The notes under the pieces were generated by a model that did no database searches, was not told the origin of the DNA, and was given only the letters and a program-made list of their open reading frames with translations. From NCBI GenBank assembly GCA_021777565.1, contig JAJYDJ010000001.1, positions 160,142-224,141 of the forward strand: 64,000 nucleotides of DNA, written 5' to 3'. A program made the translations under genes and the position numbers. Each line of letters opens with the position of its first letter. Position 1 is the stretch's first letter. This document shows positions 1 through 9,750 of this stretch, piece after piece. This stretch comes from a bacterium. Its GTDB lineage: Bacteria; Patescibacteriota; Microgenomatia; Levybacterales; UBA12049.

Positions 1-858
1 GCCACCAAAGAGTGATCGTTTTAGTCCGCCTGTTTTGTCCCACGCTTCAAAGACAGTTCGAGTGTAGTAATCAAACCCGCGTGCGATGATAGGGTCATAG
101 ACGATATAGTCGCGAATTCCTTCGTATTTATCCAGTGCGGCAAAAACCTTCGAAAGCCATGGCGCCTTAGTGACATCGGTGTCTTTGAAAAAGGCATTCA
201 ATTTTTCCACTTGTTCATCACTGAGTCCTTGCTCAAAAAGCATTTCATCAAATTCTTCTTGTGACACTTTTTCTTTGCGATCGATAATGCGAAGCAGTGG
301 CATGTATTTATCTTTCTCAATACCAAGGGAGGTAATAAAGCCTTCAAAATAAGACCGGTCATTGACACGAATGATGACCTCATCAGGAGTGAGTCCAATT
401 TCTTTGAAAAAGGTTCCGGCAATAGCAAGAATTTCTGCGTCAGCCTCGGGCGTTTCAGGGCCAAGAACATTAATCTCCCATTGGAAGAACTCTCTCCCAC
501 GCCCTTTTTGTGGCTTCTCATATCTCCACCCACGTCCAAACATGAACCAGCGTATTGGCTGGATCAATTGTTGGGATTTTTGTGCAACCAGTCGGGCAAA
601 CGTTGGGGTCAATTCTGGACGAAGTACGAGCGTTCTGTCGTCCCTATCTTTGAGGGTGAACACTTGCTCAGCAAGGATTTCTTCACTGGTTTTGTCAGCG
701 TAGAGCGTGATGTATTCAATCTCTGGCCCATCGTATTCCTGATAGCCAAAAAGTGCTGAGACTTTGCGCATTTTTTGATAAAGCCAGTCACGCAATACAA
801 AGTCCTCAGGATAGAAATCCCGAGTTCCCGTTACATTTTGTACAAGTGTCTTATTCAT
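1..858 (-). CDS. hisS: Histidine--tRNA ligase (5' portion; runs off window start)
   Basis: Manual translation MNKTLVQNVTGTRDFYPED...LRPELTPTFARL...WRYEKPQKGRGREFFQW...IARGFDYYTRTVFE; HisRS motifs. Missing from the ORF track because it is open at the edge. Confidence 0.95.
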   Translation of the reverse strand, partial: MNKTLVQNVTGTRDFYPEDFVLRDWLYQKMRKVSALFGYQEYDGPEIEYITLYADKTSEEILAEQVFTLKDRDDRTLVLRPELTPTFARLVAQKSQQLIQPIRWFMFGRGWRYEKPQKGRGREFFQWEINVLGPETPEADAEILAIAGTFFKEIGLTPDEVIIRVNDRSYFEGFITSLGIEKDKYMPLLRIIDRKEKVSQEEFDEMLFEQGLSDEQVEKLNAFFKDTDVTKAPWLSKVFAALDKYEGIRDYIVYDPIIARGFDYYTRTVFEAWDKTGGLKRSLFGG

Positions 859-874
859 AGGTCAATTATATACT

Positions 875-940
875 AAAAAATCCCCTTGCGGGGATCAATC
901 TTGGCACAGACCATCACCCCACGTTATGCGGCTGAGTGAT
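875..940 (-). promoter_or_regulatory. Attenuator: alternative hairpins ending in an intrinsic terminator upstream of hisS
   Basis: Minus strand CATCACTCA/TGGGGTGATG (1:2), GGGGTGAT/ATTGATCCCC (2:3), ATCCCC-GCAA-GGGGAT followed by a T run (3:4). Confidence 0.75.
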
Positions 941-965
941 GTGTATGTGTGCAAGTACGTTGCAT
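924..965 (-). CDS. His-rich leader peptide MQRTCTHTHHSAA
   Basis: 13-codon ORF with 3 His codons in 4 positions, 6 nt after a TATACT -10 and directly before the terminator and hisS. Confidence 0.75.
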   Translation of the reverse strand: MQRTCTHTHHSAA

Positions 966-971
966 AAGCTG

Positions 972-1000
972 AGTATAGGATTTTTGGGTAGGGAAGTCAA
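972..1000 (-). promoter_or_regulatory. Sigma70 promoter TTGACT-17-TATACT for the hisS leader
   Basis: Near-consensus hexamers with 17 nt spacer. Confidence 0.75.
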
Positions 1001-1001
1001 A

Positions 1002-2015
1002 TTACTTGACTGATTCGGTGTGCATGAGGTGCTTCCAGAGCCTGTGGGCGACCACGACCAAGATACCAAGGACTGGGATAGCCAGAAGTGCCCCGATATT
1101 GCCTGCGAGCTTGAAACCAACCACGAATGAAAGGAGGACGATGATTGGGTGCAGATTAAATGCGTTACCTAAAAGTTTTGGACCAATAACGTTAAAGATA
1201 ATTTGTTCGGCAATCAACAGAAGCAACAAGACTGGGATAATGACACTGGATGCAAAAAGCAGACAGACGACAACTGGTGGGATCAGGGCAAGTGCCGGGC
1301 CAAGCAGTGGAACGATGGTAAGAAGTCCTGCCACAATGGCTGCAGTGAGGGCAAATTCTACATGGAAAATCATTAACACGATCCACGTGGTGACACCTGA
1401 AAGGACTCCAAACACCAGCTGTACTCTAAGGAATGAGGCGAAGGTGCTCTCAATAACATCCTGTACCAGGCGCATTTCTTTGTGCCAGGAAGTTGGCGCA
1501 AGGTTATATAACTCACGAAGAATGGTTTCTTTATCAACGATCAGATAGAAACTAATAATAATCGTCAAGATAAAGTAGAGGAGGAAGTTGGCTACTGATG
1601 GAATGACCACAAGTGAGTTTGAAATATTCCCAGTAACAAAATCTAAGAGTTTATTTGAGAATGTTGATGATGCCGCGGACCCTACGTATTTTGGTAAGAA
1701 CGTGACAATTGCTTCAACTTGAGAAGTGATCGTTGGAATGAAATAGATGATAAAGGTGGTGATGATCCCAATAAATATCAAGTAGACAATAGTTGCGGCA
1801 AATATTTTTTTGATGTGAAGCATGCGAGTGAGATAGTCAACCGGTGGCTCCAAAATAAAACTAATAAGCCAAGCAGAAATCATGATGATAAATACATCAG
1901 AGAAATTGCCTAAAAATGCCCATACATTTTGGAAAAGATACAGACCAACGGCCAGGATAAGAAGGGTTACCAGAAGCTTTGTTGAGCTTACTTGCTGTTT
2001 GATTGCATCCATCAT
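1002..2015 (-). CDS. AI-2E (PerM-like) family transporter
   Basis: Multi-TM; ISFILEPPVDYL, VPLLGPAL, IGPKLLGNAFNLHPIIVLLSFVVG motifs. Confidence 0.9.
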   Translation of the reverse strand: MMDAIKQQVSSTKLLVTLLILAVGLYLFQNVWAFLGNFSDVFIIMISAWLISFILEPPVDYLTRMLHIKKIFAATIVYLIFIGIITTFIIYFIPTITSQVEAIVTFLPKYVGSAASSTFSNKLLDFVTGNISNSLVVIPSVANFLLYFILTIIISFYLIVDKETILRELYNLAPTSWHKEMRLVQDVIESTFASFLRVQLVFGVLSGVTTWIVLMIFHVEFALTAAIVAGLLTIVPLLGPALALIPPVVVCLLFASSVIIPVLLLLLIAEQIIFNVIGPKLLGNAFNLHPIIVLLSFVVGFKLAGNIGALLAIPVLGILVVVAHRLWKHLMHTESVK

Positions 2016-2057
2016 AACTTGATTGTAGCAACTGTGTGAGTAATCTACAACACAATA

Positions 2058-2804
2058 TTATTTTGCAGCACTGGAAGCAGCTTGAGTGGCGCCAAGTTCT
2101 TGTAAAATCCCTTGGTTGATGACTGGATTTATTGGCAGGTCAGTAAATTCTATGACGCGAAGTGCATTGATATTCCCATTGGATTCAGGCATACCAATAA
2201 CACTCACACGCTTGCCAACAACAAGTTTGGAAAAGCCAGCTTTGGCAATATTGGTACTTTGGCTGTAGGTAGAGGTTTTGGTGGTATTTTGTATATCTAC
2301 GGTCACTTTTTTATTGGCATTGGTAACAATCACCATTTGATAATTCTTCTTGTCTATTGAACCGATGGCACCAGTTAAGAACTGGGGAAGATTCATGACA
2401 TCCACAAAACGACCTAACATACGCTGAGAGTCTTTGTTATACAGTCCCAAAATACCCAATGTTGCCCCTTTTTGGATATCAGAGATGCCAAAGTTATTAC
2501 TTTTGGGAGAAGAGAATTTTGTAAGTTCATCAACGTCGACATAGCGTGTGTTCCCAGCGAGATCGGTCAGTGTAAGTTGGGTGTCACTTGTATCGGTGAC
2601 TGTTCCGATAAATCCACGTTTCTCAACCAGCTTGAGCTCAGCGACTTTGGAGGCGATGCGTGACTTGAGTGCGTCAATCTCAGGATTGAGTGTTGGGGTA
2701 GCTGACGTACTCGCCGCTGCTGGCGTAATCGTAGGTGTAGGGGCCGCCGCGTAGACGGTGGTATGCATAAAGAGTGCAAGTAATGTTGTGATGATTTGTA
2801 TCAT
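2058..2804 (-). CDS. Exported protein with two repeated OB-like (DUF5666-like) modules
   Basis: Signal peptide, Pro/Thr linker, two similar beta-rich repeats (GTVT..FGISDIQKG / GAIG..AGFSKLVVG). Confidence 0.6.
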   Translation of the reverse strand: MIQIITTLLALFMHTTVYAAAPTPTITPAAASTSATPTLNPEIDALKSRIASKVAELKLVEKRGFIGTVTDTSDTQLTLTDLAGNTRYVDVDELTKFSSPKSNNFGISDIQKGATLGILGLYNKDSQRMLGRFVDVMNLPQFLTGAIGSIDKKNYQMVIVTNANKKVTVDIQNTTKTSTYSQSTNIAKAGFSKLVVGKRVSVIGMPESNGNINALRVIEFTDLPINPVINQGILQELGATQAASSAAK

Positions 2805-2807
2805 AGG

Positions 2808-3233
2808 TTAAAAATCCTCAGTACTTGAGGTAACGGTAAAGGTTTTCTGTGATTCCTGGCCATCAGGTGCGATAGCAGTAATGGTAATAAGATTTTCGCC
2901 ACTTTGCAGTACTGTCGTGAGTGAATAGGTTCCTGCAGAGGTTGGTGTTACCACTTGGTCATCGGTTGCCGTTGTCAACTCGAGTGTTGCATCGGGAACC
3001 GTTTTACCGGTGATAGTAAGGCTTCGTGAGGTAATGACACTTTCATCAGCGGGACTATCCACACTTAATTGGACGGCATTGGATGGGGTTGGGGTAGGAT
3101 TGGTAATTGAAATGGTCGGTATTTTGTTCTGAGGGATAGCCCTGACTATCTGGTACACAAAAAATGCTGCACCTGCCACAAATAGCCCAATGGAGATTGC
3201 AATAAAAGACAAAATGACTTTTTCTAGCTTCAT
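2808..3233 (-). CDS. Membrane-anchored Ig-like beta-sandwich protein
   Basis: Start MKLEKVIL, N-terminal TM, PTPTP linker, ITGKT...LQSGENLITITA; start refined from ORF track. Confidence 0.7.
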   Translation of the reverse strand: MKLEKVILSFIAISIGLFVAGAAFFVYQIVRAIPQNKIPTISITNPTPTPSNAVQLSVDSPADESVITSRSLTITGKTVPDATLELTTATDDQVVTPTSAGTYSLTTVLQSGENLITITAIAPDGQESQKTFTVTSSTEDF

Positions 3234-3307
3234 AGCCTTTGGTGGGTCAATCATAGTGTATCGCATACTTCTTGTCAATGAAACCCAGGGTATGATAGGA
3301 TGGGTTC

Positions 3308-3808
3308 ATGGAAATAATCTTCGTGAGTGAAAAAGCACTTCGTCTAAAAAGTAAAACAGCTACCTTTGGGATTTTTGGGAGAGATGAAAAAGAGAAAACA
3401 GTACTTGATGCTATCTTCTCATTTGGCCAGGCAACATTGGATGGTGAGACAGTCATTTTTACTGGCCCAGGAGAATATGAGGTAAAAGGAGTAAAAATAA
3501 CTGGGGAAGGCAAAGATATACTTCGTGGATTCTCTGGAAGAATTGAGAATATGCAAGTGTTTATCGGTCAAGCAAGTACCCTTGGTGATCCTAAAGATCT
3601 TCCAGAGGCTGATGTTGCCATCATTCGGGCAGATGTCTCTATGGAGTTAAAGCCTATTGCCAATCTCGGAGCACACTTGGTAGTTCTGTCAGGTCCTGAA
3701 GCTTTAAAAATTGCACAGCAATTACAACCTGATATCCAGGAGGTATCAAAGGTTGCCATTATTAAAGATAAACTTGCTGAAGATATGCAAGTTGTTGTAT
3801 TAGGATAA
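3308..3808 (+). CDS. Degenerate MBL-fold (beta-lactamase_B_3-like) protein
   Basis: IFTGPGEYEVKGVKITG motif; metal-binding HxHxDH not visible. Confidence 0.65.
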   Translation: MEIIFVSEKALRLKSKTATFGIFGRDEKEKTVLDAIFSFGQATLDGETVIFTGPGEYEVKGVKITGEGKDILRGFSGRIENMQVFIGQASTLGDPKDLPEADVAIIRADVSMELKPIANLGAHLVVLSGPEALKIAQQLQPDIQEVSKVAIIKDKLAEDMQVVVLG

Positions 3809-3870
3809 CGCTAATCTGATCCCCTCTGTTCTCTTGTTTTTCTTGTGTTATTTGTCATATCTTTAATGGT

Positions 3871-5205
3871 ATGAAGACCCGTATCCCACCACATAATGAA
3901 GAAGCCGAAAAAAGTGTCCTCGGTGCAATCCTGCTGGACAAGGAAGCCATCAATACCGTCTCAGGCATTCTCAATGCGACTGATTTTTACAACCCTCATC
4001 ATGAAACACTGTATGGTGCCATGATGACACTTTTTGAAGAGCGAGAACCAATTGATGTCGTGACACTCTCGACATTTCTCAAGAAGAAAAAGCAGTATGA
4101 ACAAGTTGGGGGCGCACGATATTTGGCAGAGCTTGCCGAAGGAGTCCCAACCGCAGCCAATGTCGAGACCTATGCCCACCTGATTAAAGAATCCGCAACC
4201 AAACGGGGCCTCATCCACATGGCAGCTAACGTGTCTGATCTGTGTTTTGATGAGGATAAAAGTATTAATGATATTTTGGATACTGCCGAAAGTACCGTTT
4301 TTTCTATTGCTCAGGGCAATATCGCTGGAGGATTCGTCTCCATCAGAGATTCGCTGGCAGAAAGTTTTGAGCGTATCGATACGCTCCATAAAACAGGGGA
4401 TGGCATGCGAGGGGTTCCGACTGGATTTACGGATCTGGATAAAACACTCTCTGGTCTGCAGCCAAGCAATCTTCTCATCCTTGCAGCCCGACCAGGTGTA
4501 GGGAAGACGGGGTTTGCGCTGAATATGGCCCAAAATATTGCACTGCAGACCAAACGAGCTGTCGGGTTTTTCTCTCTGGAAATGAGTAAAGAAGAATTGG
4601 TCGACCGTATGTTAACGGGCCAGGCCAATATCGACGCATGGAGACTCAAGACGGGGAGACTGACTGAGGATGATTGGGAACGAGTGAGTCAGGCGATGGG
4701 GGAGCTTGCTGATGCAAAATTGTTTATTGATGATACACCGGGTATTACGATCAACGAAATGAGAACTAAAGCCAGAAGACTCCATTTGGAGCATAACGTG
4801 TCACTGTTTGTTGTTGACTATTTGCAGCTGATGAATCCTGGGAAAAAGGTAGAAAATCGTGTGCAAGAAGTCTCTCTTATTTCAAAGTTTTTGAAAAATC
4901 TTGCTCGTGAGCTCAAAGTACCCGTGCTTGCGCTTTCACAGCTCAATCGTTCTGTTGAGCATCGTGATAAGAATAGACCTGTACTTGCTGATCTTCGTGA
5001 ATCAGGAACCATCGAGCAGGACGCTGACGTTGTCATGTTCTTGTATCGCCCTGATGAAGAAGAACAGATCAACAGTAATGTGAAAAACTATAAATTAATG
5101 ATTGCAAAACATCGTAATGGCGCGATGGGGGAGATAGATCTTATCTTCAGAGGGGATCGTGTCAAATTCTTCAGTGTTGATAAAGTTCCCGGAGAAACCT
5201 CATAG
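3871..5205 (+). CDS. dnaB: Replicative DNA helicase
   Basis: PPHNEEAEKSVLG, AARPGVGKT Walker A, VDYLQLM, DLRESGTIEQDAD. Confidence 0.98.
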   Translation: MKTRIPPHNEEAEKSVLGAILLDKEAINTVSGILNATDFYNPHHETLYGAMMTLFEEREPIDVVTLSTFLKKKKQYEQVGGARYLAELAEGVPTAANVETYAHLIKESATKRGLIHMAANVSDLCFDEDKSINDILDTAESTVFSIAQGNIAGGFVSIRDSLAESFERIDTLHKTGDGMRGVPTGFTDLDKTLSGLQPSNLLILAARPGVGKTGFALNMAQNIALQTKRAVGFFSLEMSKEELVDRMLTGQANIDAWRLKTGRLTEDDWERVSQAMGELADAKLFIDDTPGITINEMRTKARRLHLEHNVSLFVVDYLQLMNPGKKVENRVQEVSLISKFLKNLARELKVPVLALSQLNRSVEHRDKNRPVLADLRESGTIEQDADVVMFLYRPDEEEQINSNVKNYKLMIAKHRNGAMGEIDLIFRGDRVKFFSVDKVPGETS

Positions 5206-6084
5206 TCCAGTCAGATCAATATCTTGTGCTGAGTATTCAATCCCATTGAAAATATATGTTTTTGCATAATTGTAGGTGGCTGCGTAGGCACTGGGGTATT
5301 CAAGAAAGTTAATAGAATGGTTAAATAAACTGGCGTTATGCTTATACATCGTGTAGGTAAGATACTCGCCATTCATATCTGCAAAACATTCATTCACGGG
5401 TGTGCCGCCACCAGCAGGACTCACACAGTTTTGCGTTGGAAGTTTCTCATGAGTGAATATGGTATTTTCATAATTCGTAAATACATTGTTTACATTTTTG
5501 TCGAGTATCAAATGTCCCAGTTCGTGCGCCATCACAAACATACTGGCCATAGGGTAGTCTGGACACCAGCCGATGGCTGAACAGTAGGCACTCTGATCGC
5601 TACAATAATTAGATAATGCATGCGGACCTCCAGAGATACCAAGTCCACAATTACTAACACCGTTCCCCCAGGAGAATGGAGCACTCACAAAATACACCGT
5701 TGCTGCACCCAAAAGATTCCCGTAGGTGCTTGATTTGTTAAGAAGACACAGCGTTTTGTAGGCGATGCGCTGTTGTCTGAGAACGGTTGCCTGATCGGTA
5801 CTATCTGAGGCAAAGGTGATGTGATAGCGTGAAGTCAAAAGAGAAGAAATATCTCCTCCCGTTGGTGGTGTGCAGTTACCTGCTGGCGCAAATGTCGTTT
5901 GAATATCAATGGTATTAAGGTTAATGGATTGTTTTGTTGATGCGTCAGGCACTTTTACCACCTGCTGCACAATTTCTCCTGGCACCGTGATCACAGGGAG
6001 TCTGCCAAAAGGAAGTCCACTCACCAAAAAAGTAGAGATGACCGCGACTGCAATGATAAGAATTGTCTCATATCCACCACGCAT
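5200..6084 (-). CDS. Membrane-anchored protein with HExxH zinc-metallopeptidase-like domain
   Basis: Start MRGGYETIL; N-terminal TM; VMAHELGH and downstream NECFAD; several Cys. Confidence 0.7.
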   Translation of the reverse strand: MRGGYETILIIAVAVISTFLVSGLPFGRLPVITVPGEIVQQVVKVPDASTKQSINLNTIDIQTTFAPAGNCTPPTGGDISSLLTSRYHITFASDSTDQATVLRQQRIAYKTLCLLNKSSTYGNLLGAATVYFVSAPFSWGNGVSNCGLGISGGPHALSNYCSDQSAYCSAIGWCPDYPMASMFVMAHELGHLILDKNVNNVFTNYENTIFTHEKLPTQNCVSPAGGGTPVNECFADMNGEYLTYTMYKHNASLFNHSINFLEYPSAYAATYNYAKTYIFNGIEYSAQDIDLTGL

Positions 6085-6103
6085 ATACTCATGATAACAG
6101 ATG

Positions 6104-6847
6104 CTACTGGTAGGTAATATCAAGGGAATCAATCTGGGACTGGTTCAGCCCGAGGGATAGTGCCCAGGTGTTAAATGCCTCTCTAGCACTTACACTGTCA
6201 TGTTGAGGTGATGCGACTGAAAAGGCAAAATGTTCCTGTGGTGATTCTACTAGTTGTCCGGTAAGTGAAAAGGCACTTTCAGTGTGTGGTGCATGATCCA
6301 TAAGGTAAGCATCAGGATATTTATTTTTATTTGTTTCGCTACGGAGAATATTATGGTTGTCTGGGAATGGTTGTGTACTATCCTGGATAGTACTGAAAGC
6401 AAAGCTGTTGTATGTCACCTGATTTTGACTGCCAACAAAGACGTAGTAGGTGGTATTGGCCTGTAGCGGTTGGCTTAGTGTCATCTGGTATTGATTGCCA
6501 GTCTGGCTCAGGGTAAATGGAACACTTGGCACGATATCGGCATGAATCTGGTCAGTTGTAGGGGACTGAGACAAGGTAAAACTTATATTAGTAGCAAGAG
6601 GGACGTTAGTTGCTTGGTTGGCTGGTGTACTGGAGATGATTGTCAAAACTGGTGGCGGTGTGGGCTTAGTGGTCTGGCCGCTGCTTGGCAGAGAGGACGT
6701 AGGTTGTGTTGATCCACCTGTTGGGATAGGGACGAGCGGATTTTGGCCAGGAGTGGTTTTAAATGAGGTAGTGTAGATCAGAAAAACGGTGATCAAAATA
6801 ATACCGACTCCAATAATGCCACTGATGAGTAACAGATTTCTTTGCAT
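6104..6847 (-). CDS. Membrane-anchored Ig-like (Big_5-like) domain protein
   Basis: TM, Pro/Thr linker, IISSTPANQATNVPLATNISFT...PLQANTTYYV. Confidence 0.7.
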   Translation of the reverse strand: MQRNLLLISGIIGVGIILITVFLIYTTSFKTTPGQNPLVPIPTGGSTQPTSSLPSSGQTTKPTPPPVLTIISSTPANQATNVPLATNISFTLSQSPTTDQIHADIVPSVPFTLSQTGNQYQMTLSQPLQANTTYYVFVGSQNQVTYNSFAFSTIQDSTQPFPDNHNILRSETNKNKYPDAYLMDHAPHTESAFSLTGQLVESPQEHFAFSVASPQHDSVSAREAFNTWALSLGLNQSQIDSLDITYQ

Positions 6848-6849
6848 AG

Positions 6850-7641
6850 CTATATTGGCCTCCAAAATCCAGATAAACCAGGATCATCATATCGCTCTGT
6901 TTGGACAATATCAACCGAGCCATCGCCACCATTTGCCTCTGCTACGGTAAAGTACGTGCTGTGTGCATCAAGGACATAGGCGATGTGGTTGGCCCCTGGC
7001 TCACCCCATATCGCGAAATCTCCTGTTTGTGCTTTCTGTGCGGGGGTAACCCACTGGAAATTGGATGCTTCAATGATGGAGGCATTGGCAGGGTAATGTG
7101 GTTTGGCGTAGGCGTACGCATTGCCAAATCCGACTGGTAAAAATTTATGCTGTGGGGTCAGGTAGTAAGAAACAGCCGCTGCAAATCCGACACATTGCAG
7201 ACATGTCTCTCCTGGTAGTTTTTTTTGATTGTCACATAGAATTCCTGTTGCACTGTCATGGATCATTGGATATATTTCCGGGTGCAAAATGCCATCCGGT
7301 ATGAGAGGGAAAAGAGGTGATGGATTGCCAGCGATACAGCTACTGCCACCCCTCACAAATCCTCCACAAGTACTTTGAATCACATCAACAAGGGTTTTTA
7401 CTTTCCCGGCAATGCCACTCATCCCTTGCGGTGCCCAGGTTGTCTGAATATCTAGCGTCTTCGCCTGAATACCGTACTGGGTGCTGGCACCTGGGGGAAT
7501 AATTTTTTGCTGGACAATCTCTCCTGGAGCGGTGAGTTGAGGCAGGCTTTTCCATGGCAATCCACTCACAATGAGGGTAGAAACAAGCGCGATAATGATC
7601 AGAAGTAGTGTCTCGTACCCACCTTTTGTATACCTATGCAT
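6850..7641 (-). CDS. Membrane-anchored CHAP-domain (peptidoglycan amidase/endopeptidase) protein
   Basis: QCVGFA, GNAYAY, GDFAIW, NHIAYV, VAEAN give the CHAP Cys/His/Glu pattern. Confidence 0.8.
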   Translation of the reverse strand: MHRYTKGGYETLLLIIIALVSTLIVSGLPWKSLPQLTAPGEIVQQKIIPPGASTQYGIQAKTLDIQTTWAPQGMSGIAGKVKTLVDVIQSTCGGFVRGGSSCIAGNPSPLFPLIPDGILHPEIYPMIHDSATGILCDNQKKLPGETCLQCVGFAAAVSYYLTPQHKFLPVGFGNAYAYAKPHYPANASIIEASNFQWVTPAQKAQTGDFAIWGEPGANHIAYVLDAHSTYFTVAEANGGDGSVDIVQTERYDDPGLSGFWRPI

Positions 7642-7689
7642 GTATTCATCGTATCAGGTTTGGGACATGTCTTTCCATAGGATTGATCG

Positions 7690-7754
7690 TTGACTTTACC
7701 TATTCCTGACGGCTATAATACAGGCACGACGTTTTTTACGTAGTTCTTTAACAA
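7690..7754 (+). promoter_or_regulatory. rRNA promoter (TTGACT-18-TATAAT) and boxA-like antitermination site
   Basis: TTGACT 7690-7695, TATAAT 7714-7719, GTTCTTTAACAA 7743-7754. Confidence 0.75.
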
Positions 7755-7842
7755 GAGAAGCGACACTTTAAATATACACACTTCTTGAAAGGCAAGAAGT
7801 GGTAGGAACCGTTAGTACTTTGCATACGTGCAGAGTACTTCC

Positions 7843-9308
<1,466 letters not shown>

Positions 9309-9477
9309 CTAAATCAAATATATAGAGGTCTCTCCCGCAATCCTTAAGGGAGGGCATAGAAAAGCTTTTATATATGCCGAAAGAGAGAAGGTACGGAAAG
9401 TCTCGAGCAATCGAGATAAAAGTACACCCTCGTTGCAGATACGAGTATTGGCCCAAACCAATGAAAATCTGTATTTG

Positions 9478-9536
9478 TCCTACCACTTCTTGAAGTTCAA
9501 GAGTGTGTGTCGTTTCTCTGGAACTTTTAAAAACGT
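9478..9536 (+). other. 3' arm of the 16S precursor processing stem (pairs with leader 7728-7807)
   Basis: CAAGAAGTGGTAGGA (7793-7807) is the exact reverse complement of TCCTACCACTTCTTG (9478-9492); further matched blocks flank it. Confidence 0.8.
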
Positions 9537-9750
9537 ATGCAAAAAGATGGTCTTGTACAAATTCTTTCGGGACTTCTTCTCTTTATTCTCTGTTTCACAC
9601 TCATTTTTTTCTTCCCTAAGAGTCATCAGGATGTAGAAATTGGTAAAAGTGTTCTGCCTCTTCACGTGATCAAATAATTTAGCTTTGTAGTCAGAATACT
9701 GACAGAAATTTGGGTCACAGGTCTTCCCAGTGCTATAATGGCAGCTATCT

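Noticed and set aside
9391-9470. GGAAAGTC resembling the RNase P RNA P4 5' strand
   Set aside because: No matching 3' ACAGAA..CGGCTTA element and the region is too short.
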